DNA from: Phycisphaerae bacterium
GTDB taxonomy: Bacteria > Planctomycetota > Phycisphaerae > Sedimentisphaerales > Anaerohalosphaeraceae
DNA: 64,000 nucleotides
NCBI GenBank assembly: GCA_033809355.1
Contig: JAPXLV010000001.1
Location: 58,295 to 122,294, forward strand
Direction of reading: 5' to 3'
Shown: piece by piece, positions 57,405-64,000 of the stretch
How the letters are laid out: every line of letters starts with the position of its first letter
Position numbering within the stretch: position 1 is the stretch's first letter
Translations under genes and position numbers: made by a program
The notes under the pieces: model-generated
Told to the model about the DNA's origin: nothing
Database searches by the model: none
The model's input: the letters and a program-made list of their open reading frames with translations, nothing else

Positions 57405-58742
57405 ATGGACAGAGACGACTTAAAACGATATTCGGCGGTGGAGGTGGTGCTGCTGGCGATTTTTGCGCTGGGGTTGGGGTTGTCGCTGATCGTGGTGCGT
57501 GTGCGCGGGCATGTGGAACCGGGCGAGCCGGTGGCATTGCCGGGCTCCGGCCTGGCGGCAGCGATTCCCAAGGGCGACAAATGGCAGTCTGCCGGAGGGT
57601 GGCACTATGAAACCGACAATGCCTATGTCCTGTTGGGACAGATGCATGTGGCTGGTCGGCCGGAGATGCGGGTGCGATGGCGGTATGCCCTCTGCGAAGA
57701 TGCGGGCGACCCGGAGCAGGTCCTTCAGACGCTGGCCGATACTGCCGGGGGCAAACTGGTTCTGTTGGGCATGGCCGAAGGGCCGGTGCCGCTGGTGTTT
57801 GGACGCATTTATGTGCCTGCGCAGGGGGGCCAGGATTTCTTGATGGGGGTCGCGTCGCTGGATTTTGGAAGACGACTGGAGTTGCAGATCTCTTATCGCA
57901 GCGACGGCTGGTTTGCCGAAAACGTCTTTCGTACCCTCGCGGCCAATATCCGCTATGAACGCCCCGCGGCGTTACAGGCCGGTGCTGAACGGGTGCATAC
58001 CTTTTTTGAGGATATTGAAACGACCGCCGGCGGGCTGTTTATTCCCAATGCAGCGCGTCAGTTGCACTATCTGGTCAAAGATGTCGCCGACAGGCCGCTG
58101 GGTTTTGTCGAACAGCGGTTTTTTGCCCATAACGACCCCTTGGGGAAGGGGTACTACCGCATCACAATGCGGCAGCTGGAACAGGGTGGGCTTTATAGCG
58201 AGTCGGATCTGTGGCTGGACGCCGAAGAGGATGCCTTTACGTGGACAACCCGGTCGAGGCTGTCGCGTTCACGTCAGCCTCGAGTGGTCGAGGTGCGAGC
58301 CGATGCCCAACGGCGAATCGTACTGACGAGCAAGACCGAACCAGAAGGGTCATTTCGACGAACCGAAATGATGCTGCCTGAGCCGCTTTTGCCGGTTTTT
58401 GCGGCGGGTTTGGCCGATGCCGGCGACCAGATATTCGTTGTGGATGTGCTGACCGGCAGCGGGAATGTCGTTCCGACGCAATTGGCAGTAATTGATGCCA
58501 ACCAAAGCCATGTCCGCGCGTCCGACCCCGTTTGGGTGGTGCGGGCCGACTACCTGCACACCCAAGGGGCGTTTGATGAGTTGGTGTTTGACCGGCAGGG
58601 CCAGTGTCTGGGGCGCTTTGAACAGCAGCCCCAGCGACCGGTTCGACTGTGGGAACAAGCCGACACTGAGGCCTTGCAACGGATTTTTGGGGAACGTTAC
58701 GAGGGGTTCTCGCAGGGCGATTTTCAGGAAGCCAGATCTTAA
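57405..58742 (+). CDS. Hypothetical membrane-anchored protein
   Basis: 445-aa ORF with one N-terminal TM helix (VVLLAIFALGLGLSLIVV) and GC3-rich codons. No family recognised. Confidence 0.55.
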   Translation: MDRDDLKRYSAVEVVLLAIFALGLGLSLIVVRVRGHVEPGEPVALPGSGLAAAIPKGDKWQSAGGWHYETDNAYVLLGQMHVAGRPEMRVRWRYALCEDAGDPEQVLQTLADTAGGKLVLLGMAEGPVPLVFGRIYVPAQGGQDFLMGVASLDFGRRLELQISYRSDGWFAENVFRTLAANIRYERPAALQAGAERVHTFFEDIETTAGGLFIPNAARQLHYLVKDVADRPLGFVEQRFFAHNDPLGKGYYRITMRQLEQGGLYSESDLWLDAEEDAFTWTTRSRLSRSRQPRVVEVRADAQRRIVLTSKTEPEGSFRRTEMMLPEPLLPVFAAGLADAGDQIFVVDVLTGSGNVVPTQLAVIDANQSHVRASDPVWVVRADYLHTQGAFDELVFDRQGQCLGRFEQQPQRPVRLWEQADTEALQRIFGERYEGFSQGDFQEARS

Positions 58743-58773
58743 ACCCTTGACCGAACATGCGAAAGGAAGAGCC

Positions 58774-59772
58774 ATGACGCACCAGGAATATGACTGCATT
58801 ATTGTCGGGGCCGGCCCGGCCGGGCTGGGCGCCGGATTGTATGCCGCCCGCGATCGGGCCAAAACCATTTTGCTGGAGAAATTTTACCCCGGCGGGCAGA
58901 TCAATACGACCGACCGCATTGAAAATTATCCCGGCTATGCCCAGATCAGCGGGCCGGATTTGGTGATGAAAATGCTGGAGCAGGTGCAAACCTTCGGTGG
59001 CGAGGTCAAAACCAGCACCGAGGTGGCCGGCTTGTCTCGTCGGCAGGACGGGCGCATCGAGGTCCGTACTGACGAGGATGTCTATCTGGGCCGGGTGGTG
59101 ATTTTGTCGCCGGGCAGTTCCTATCGCCATTTAGGTGTTCCAGGAGAAGAGGAATTCCGTCAGGTAGGAGCGGGTGTCAGTTACTGCGGCACCTGTGATG
59201 CGCCGTTTTTTAAGGACAAAGTGGTCGTCTCGGTTGGCGGCGGGAACACGGCCGTGGAAGATACCCTGCACTTGGCCAAATACGCCAAAAAGGTTATTAT
59301 GGTGCATCGACGTCAACAATTCCGAGCCACCCCGGTGCTGGTTGAAGAATTGATGCAAAAAGTCAACGCCCCTGATTCTAACATTGAATTGAAGCTGGAC
59401 GCGACGGTGACGGCTATCGAGGGCAAAGATCGGGTCGAGCGGGTCATCATTCAGAACGTCAAAACCGGTCAAACCGAGACTGTCCCCTGCGATGGGGTGT
59501 TTATTTTTGTAGGGATGGTTCCCAATACCGGTTTTTTGGCTGGTTTCGTGGAATTGACCGAAGCCGGTTTCATCAAGTGCGATACCGCCTACCTGCGCAC
59601 CAGCGTGCCGGGGGTGTTCGCGGCTGGCGATTGTCGCATCGGTGCGGCTATGCAGCTGATTACGGCGGTGGCCGATGGGGTCAATGCGGCAATGTGGATG
59701 AAGCACTATCTGCGGGACCCGCAGTGGTGGAACGCTCCGCTGTCGGACAGTCTCTCACCGGGCCAGTGGTAG
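58774..59772 (+). CDS. trxB: Thioredoxin-disulfide reductase
   Basis: Start at the ATG at 58774 with an AAGGAAG SD. FAD motif IIVGAGPAGLGAG and redox CxxC in CGTCDAPFF. Confidence 0.9.
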   Translation: MTHQEYDCIIVGAGPAGLGAGLYAARDRAKTILLEKFYPGGQINTTDRIENYPGYAQISGPDLVMKMLEQVQTFGGEVKTSTEVAGLSRRQDGRIEVRTDEDVYLGRVVILSPGSSYRHLGVPGEEEFRQVGAGVSYCGTCDAPFFKDKVVVSVGGGNTAVEDTLHLAKYAKKVIMVHRRQQFRATPVLVEELMQKVNAPDSNIELKLDATVTAIEGKDRVERVIIQNVKTGQTETVPCDGVFIFVGMVPNTGFLAGFVELTEAGFIKCDTAYLRTSVPGVFAAGDCRIGAAMQLITAVADGVNAAMWMKHYLRDPQWWNAPLSDSLSPGQW

Positions 59773-59854
59773 GCTGCGTCGGAACACAAATCTCAAAATA
59801 GTGAAAAATTTGCAAATTTTTGTGAACTTTTGCGGGAATTTGCCGAAAAATATG

Positions 59855-59887
59855 TTGACTACTTGGTCATAAGTGACTAAATAGTCA
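59855..59887 (+). promoter_or_regulatory. Candidate promoter with two overlapping palindromic operator-like sites for the TetR-family gene
   Basis: TTGACT (59855..59860), 17-nt spacer, TAAATA (59878..59883). Perfect palindrome TGACTA-AA-TAGTCA (59874..59887) covers the -10 box. The related TGACTA-CT-TGGTCA (59856..59869) covers the -35 box. The ATG at 59891 is 7 nt after the -10 box. Confidence 0.45.
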
Positions 59888-59890
59888 TTT

Positions 59891-60568
59891 ATGGATTTGC
59901 CTGTTCAAAAGCGAATTGAAAGTCTTGATACGCTGGTGCAAACGCCGGAACCTGCCCCCAGCCGTACTGAAAAGCGGGCCGCAAAGACCCGCAACAAGTT
60001 GCTTAAGGCCGCCTTGGACATCTTCAGTGAGTGGGGTGTCGATGCTGCGACGATCGATATGATTACCGAGCGGGCGGATTTGGGAAAAGGAACATTTTAC
60101 CGACATTTTACCGATAAATACGACATTGCCGGGGTGCTGGTTGAACAGGCAATTGACCATTTGCTTGGTTTGCTGCGCCAAGGTGAGCCGCAGCCAAGTC
60201 GGTCGCTGGAGGACGTACTGGAGCATTTTTTAAATGCCCATTACGCCTTTTTTCGCCACCATCAGGATGAATTTATTCTGTTGTTTCAGGGGCGTTTGCT
60301 GTTGAAACTGGAGCGTCAGGCAACCGACCGGCTCGAGGCACCGTTTGCCCGGTATCTGGAAGAGATAGAAATACAGTTGGTGCCCTATTTGGGGCAGAAA
60401 AAGGTCGATTTGGTGCGGATTCGGCGATTGGCATGTGCCGTGGCGGGTTTTGTGTTTGGGTTCTTTTCCTTCGCGATGATTGGGATGGAGCCGCAGGATA
60501 TCGCCGACAGTATAAAGCCGTTGCGGCAAAGTTTTGTCAAGAGTCTGACACTGTTTTTGACCCAATGA
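59891..60568 (+). CDS. TetR/AcrR family transcriptional regulator
   Basis: N-terminal HTH ALDIFSEWGVDAATIDMITERADLGKGTFYRHF. Confidence 0.85.
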   Translation: MDLPVQKRIESLDTLVQTPEPAPSRTEKRAAKTRNKLLKAALDIFSEWGVDAATIDMITERADLGKGTFYRHFTDKYDIAGVLVEQAIDHLLGLLRQGEPQPSRSLEDVLEHFLNAHYAFFRHHQDEFILLFQGRLLLKLERQATDRLEAPFARYLEEIEIQLVPYLGQKKVDLVRIRRLACAVAGFVFGFFSFAMIGMEPQDIADSIKPLRQSFVKSLTLFLTQ

Positions 60569-60656
60569 GTTAGAAGATAGATAATGAAGGGCGATTGGGC
60601 GCCCCGAGAAAAAACCATAGAGAACAGCGTTTTTTACAGTGAAAGGAATGCTGACA

Positions 60657-62051
60657 ATGCAGCAATGTGAACGGGTTGAGATCGGCGTTGCCGAAGAACA
60701 GGCTTCCGAGCCTCCAAGTCCGTTGAGGGCCGCCGAAGATGCGCCCTCTGCTTTATCAACCCGCCGCGGGGACAAAACCGCCCTGCCGGAGGAGAAACAA
60801 CACCCCCTAAATGCCGCCCAATGGAGCGATTGGCGCTGGCAAATACGCAATCGCATCCGCACACTGGAGCAATTGTTGCCGTATGTTCCGTCGCTGGGTG
60901 CCTCGTCTGAACTGCCCAAGGTCATCGCCCGCTATCCGATGGCGATTACGCCGTATTACGCGACCCTGATCGAGCGGGCGGATATGTCCGATCCTGTTTT
61001 TCGGATGAGCGTGCCGAATGTGCAGGAATTGTACGACCCGCCATCCCTGAGCGATGACCCGCTGGAAGAGCACGAAGATATGCCCGTGCCGGGGCTGGTG
61101 CATCGCTATCGCGATCGAGCGCTGCTGATTGTAACGACGATGTGTTCGATGTATTGTCGCCACTGCACGCGTAAACGCATTGCCGGCACACGTGAAAGCT
61201 CGATTTCGCCGCATCGGCTTCGCCAGGTGGTTGAGTATCTGACCGCTCATCCGGAAATTTCCGATGTGATTATTTCCGGCGGCGATCCGCTGACGATGTC
61301 CGATGCCCATCTGGAAACTGTCCTTAGTGCCGTTCGGTCGGTGCCGTCGGTGCAGATCATTCGCATCGGGACGCGGGTGCCTGTGGTGCTGCCGATGCGG
61401 ATCACCGCCGACCTGACGGCCATGCTGAAAAAATATCACCCGTTGTGGATCAATACGCATTTTAATCACCCCAACGAGTTAAGCACTCAAGCCAAGGCCG
61501 CCTGTGCGGCGCTAGCGGATGCCGGCATTCCGCTGGGCAACCAGACGGTATTGTTGCGCGGCGTCAACGACAGCCCGCAGATCATCGAACGGCTGTGTCG
61601 CGGCTTGATTCAAATGCGTGTGCGGCCGTATTATTTGTACCAATGCGATCTGGTTCGCGGCGTGGAGCATTTTCGCACGTCCATTCGCACAGGCCTTGAG
61701 ATTATGGAATATCTCCGCGGGCGGGTCAGCGGTATTGCGATTCCTCTGTTTGTGGTGGATGCTCCCCACGGCGGGGGCAAGATTCCGGTACTGCCCACCT
61801 ATGTGGTTTCGTCCAGTTGTACGCATACTGTACTGCGAAATTATGAGGGCTTGCTGGTCAATTATCCCGAACCGGGCGCCGAAGCCGATCCATCTATGAC
61901 GGCACCGGCCAATGAGCCGGGGGTGTGGGAACTGGCCGTCGGTCAGGCCTCGGTGATTTTGCCGGCGCGGAATACCCGAATCAAACGGCGCGAAAAAATC
62001 GCTCCGCAAAACCGTACCAAAGGTGATGCGCAGTCGCTGCTGGACAGGTAA
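60657..62051 (+). CDS. kamA: Lysine 2,3-aminomutase (KamA/AblA family radical SAM enzyme)
   Basis: CSMYCRHCTRKR (CxxxCxxC) matches clostridial KamA almost exactly. Also DWRWQIRNRI and a full-length core of about 410 aa. The start is uncertain (GTG 60639, ATG 60648 or 60657; AAGGA precedes 60657). There is a low-complexity N-terminal extension. Confidence 0.85.
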   Translation: MQQCERVEIGVAEEQASEPPSPLRAAEDAPSALSTRRGDKTALPEEKQHPLNAAQWSDWRWQIRNRIRTLEQLLPYVPSLGASSELPKVIARYPMAITPYYATLIERADMSDPVFRMSVPNVQELYDPPSLSDDPLEEHEDMPVPGLVHRYRDRALLIVTTMCSMYCRHCTRKRIAGTRESSISPHRLRQVVEYLTAHPEISDVIISGGDPLTMSDAHLETVLSAVRSVPSVQIIRIGTRVPVVLPMRITADLTAMLKKYHPLWINTHFNHPNELSTQAKAACAALADAGIPLGNQTVLLRGVNDSPQIIERLCRGLIQMRVRPYYLYQCDLVRGVEHFRTSIRTGLEIMEYLRGRVSGIAIPLFVVDAPHGGGKIPVLPTYVVSSSCTHTVLRNYEGLLVNYPEPGAEADPSMTAPANEPGVWELAVGQASVILPARNTRIKRREKIAPQNRTKGDAQSLLDR

Positions 62052-62091
62052 CTGCTGACCTCTGCGGGCCATAGCGCCATACGAGGGCATT

Positions 62092-63891
62092 ATGATTCGA
62101 ATTGTTCGCATCTATCACCATTTGCTGCCGATTGAGCAGGATCGCATTGCGCAGGTGCAGGAGATTTTTCGTCAGAATTTTTCGGCGGTGGCCGACTATG
62201 CCGACAAGATTCCAAGCCTGTTGGACAATCCGATTCAGTACGGCTATACAACGGGGTTGCTGGTCTCGGAAACATCGTTGGGGCATGTGACCGGATTTTC
62301 TTTGGTTCTGTATTTTCCGACGATCCGAAGCGCATTGCTGGATTTTATGGCGGTCCGACGGGGCATCCGCGGCGGCGGCACGGGCAGCGCCTTGTACGAG
62401 GCGACCCGGGAATATTCCAAGCAGGCCGGGGCACTGGGGTTATATCTGGAGGCGCTGCCGGACGACCCGACAGTTGTAACCGACCCGGCGGAGTTAAAAG
62501 AAAACCAGCGGCGGCTGCGCTTTTATGAAAATTACGACGTTCGTCCGATTATCGGCACCGAATACGAAACACCCATTGACGACTCGCCGGCGCCGTACCT
62601 GCTGTATGACGGGCTGGATCGCGATGAGCCGTTGAGTCGGTCTCAGTGTCGCGCGGCCATCCGGACGATTCTGACCAAAAAGTACAGCCATCTGGTCCGG
62701 CCCGATTATATTGAGCGTGTGGTCGAGTCGGTAGTGGATGACCCGGTGCGGCTGCGACCGCCGAAATATGTCAAAGCCGAAACGCCCCCCGTTTACAGCC
62801 TGGCCGACCGACGACTGGAAAAGCCGTTTGTGATGGTCAGCTGCGAGGCGCACCAGGTGCATCACGTCCACGAGCGGGGCTATGTCGAACGGCCGGCACG
62901 GGTCGGCGTGATCCGCCAGTCGCTGGAGGCGATGGGCCTGTTTGAAGTGAGCGGCGTTAAACACTTCGGCCAGGAATATATCACCGCGGTCCACGATGCC
63001 GACTTTGTCAATTATCTCAAAGCGGTCTGTCTGAAGCTGCACGGCAAACGGCCGGTCTATCCGTATGTGTTTCCCATTCGCCGTCCGGAACGTCGTCCCA
63101 AAGACCTGGCGGTACGAGCGGGCTATTACTGCATTGACACCTTTACGCCTCTGGACCGCAATGCGTATGACGCGGCCAAGGCGGCGGTGGATGTGGCATT
63201 GACCGCAGCCGAGCAGGTGCTGCACGGGTGTCAGTTGGCCTATGCGTTGTGCCGACCGCCGGGCCATCACGCCGAGCGGCGAGTCTTTGGCGGGTTTTGC
63301 TATTTCAACAACGCCGCGATCGCCGCCCAGTTCCTGAGCAAACACGGCAGCGTGGCAATGCTGGATATCGACTTTCATCACGGCAACGGCGCGCAGGATA
63401 TTTTTTACACCCGCCGCGATGTGCTGACGGTCTCAATCCACGGCCACCCGAACTTTGCCTATCCGTATTTTTCGGGGTTTGCCGATGAAACGGGCCAGGG
63501 CGACGGCAAGGGGTTCAATCATAACTATCCGCTGGCGGAAAACGCCGGAGCTACCGAGTACGTCACGGCTCTGGACAAGGCGCTGGGCAATGTGCGGAAA
63601 TTTTCGCCGATGTTTTTGGTGGTGTGTGTGGGCTTTGACATTATGAAAGGCGACCCGACCGGTTCGTTTGGTCTGAACGGCCGGATGGTAAAACAGATCG
63701 GTCAGGCCATCGGGGCGTTGAATCTGCCGACATTGGTCGTGCAGGAAGGCGGCTACAGCCTGCGGAATCTGCGGATGGGTGCAACGGCGCTGTTTCAGGG
63801 TTTTGCAGAGCCCTTAAAGCCCTCGGCGGAAAACGCTTCGGGCCTTCCGAGAGGCGAAAAAAAACGCCCTCCCAACGGCAGGCAAACGTAA
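62092..63891 (+). CDS. Fusion protein: N-terminal GNAT-type acetyltransferase domain plus C-terminal histone deacetylase/acetylpolyamine amidohydrolase-family domain
   Basis: Residues about 1-170 carry GNAT motif A (VRRGIRGGGTGSALYEATREY) and RRLRFYENYDVRPI. Residues about 260-590 carry HDAC-fold signatures RPPGHHAE, FCYFNNAAIA and LDIDFHHGNG. Confidence 0.75.
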   Translation: MIRIVRIYHHLLPIEQDRIAQVQEIFRQNFSAVADYADKIPSLLDNPIQYGYTTGLLVSETSLGHVTGFSLVLYFPTIRSALLDFMAVRRGIRGGGTGSALYEATREYSKQAGALGLYLEALPDDPTVVTDPAELKENQRRLRFYENYDVRPIIGTEYETPIDDSPAPYLLYDGLDRDEPLSRSQCRAAIRTILTKKYSHLVRPDYIERVVESVVDDPVRLRPPKYVKAETPPVYSLADRRLEKPFVMVSCEAHQVHHVHERGYVERPARVGVIRQSLEAMGLFEVSGVKHFGQEYITAVHDADFVNYLKAVCLKLHGKRPVYPYVFPIRRPERRPKDLAVRAGYYCIDTFTPLDRNAYDAAKAAVDVALTAAEQVLHGCQLAYALCRPPGHHAERRVFGGFCYFNNAAIAAQFLSKHGSVAMLDIDFHHGNGAQDIFYTRRDVLTVSIHGHPNFAYPYFSGFADETGQGDGKGFNHNYPLAENAGATEYVTALDKALGNVRKFSPMFLVVCVGFDIMKGDPTGSFGLNGRMVKQIGQAIGALNLPTLVVQEGGYSLRNLRMGATALFQGFAEPLKPSAENASGLPRGEKKRPPNGRQT

Positions 63892-63974
63892 AGCACGCGG
63901 TTGGATGTGCTGAATCATAAACTCAAACAATGAAAGAAAACAGGTTGAAACGGATTGATAAGGACAGCTTAAAC

Positions 63975-64000
63975 ATGCAACGAATCGGGTTGGTTTACGA
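63975..64000 (+). CDS. Start of a further ORF (MQRIGLVY...), cut by the window end
   Basis: ATG at 63975, same strand as the kamA cluster. Only 8 codons are visible, so no functional call is possible. Confidence 0.25.

Overview
GC-rich bacterial chromosomal segment with AT-rich intergenic spacers, almost entirely protein-coding. I could support no rRNA, tRNA, CRISPR array, transposase, integrase or recognisable defence system. Gene content suggests, as inference only, an anaerobic, polysaccharide-degrading Gram-negative of the PVC group (Planctomycetota/Phycisphaerae-, Kiritimatiellota- or Lentisphaerota-like): a prepilin-motif protein, a dockerin-like secreted protein, GH51/GH29/GH127 and heparinase II/III-like enzymes, rnfCDGEAB, and LPS heptose genes. 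Housekeeping blocks: nikR-bioA-glyQS, leuA-leuC-leuD-leuB, eno-ftsB-like, cmk-plsC, rnfCDGEAB with an upstream RseC-like gene, guaB and trxB. Best candidate for something undescribed: a TetR-controlled cluster at the right edge (59.9-64.0 kb), truncated by the window. It pairs a KamA-type lysine 2,3-aminomutase with one ORF that fuses a GNAT acetyltransferase domain to an HDAC-type deacetylase domain. Second candidate: a tightly coupled minus-strand operon (1-2718) linking a secreted OB/dockerin-like protein, a pseudopilin-like protein and a TroA/ZnuA-type metal ABC importer. It is divergent from nikR across a spacer holding a 21-bp tandem array with G-quadruplex potential. Smaller observations: a decayed four-helix-bundle gene remnant inside the leuC-leuD spacer, a frameshifted and truncated PQQ-like beta-propeller pseudogene, a small acidic ORF with its own SD and terminator, and apparent leaderless starts. 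All calls come from reading the supplied ORF translations and the DNA by eye; no searches were run.
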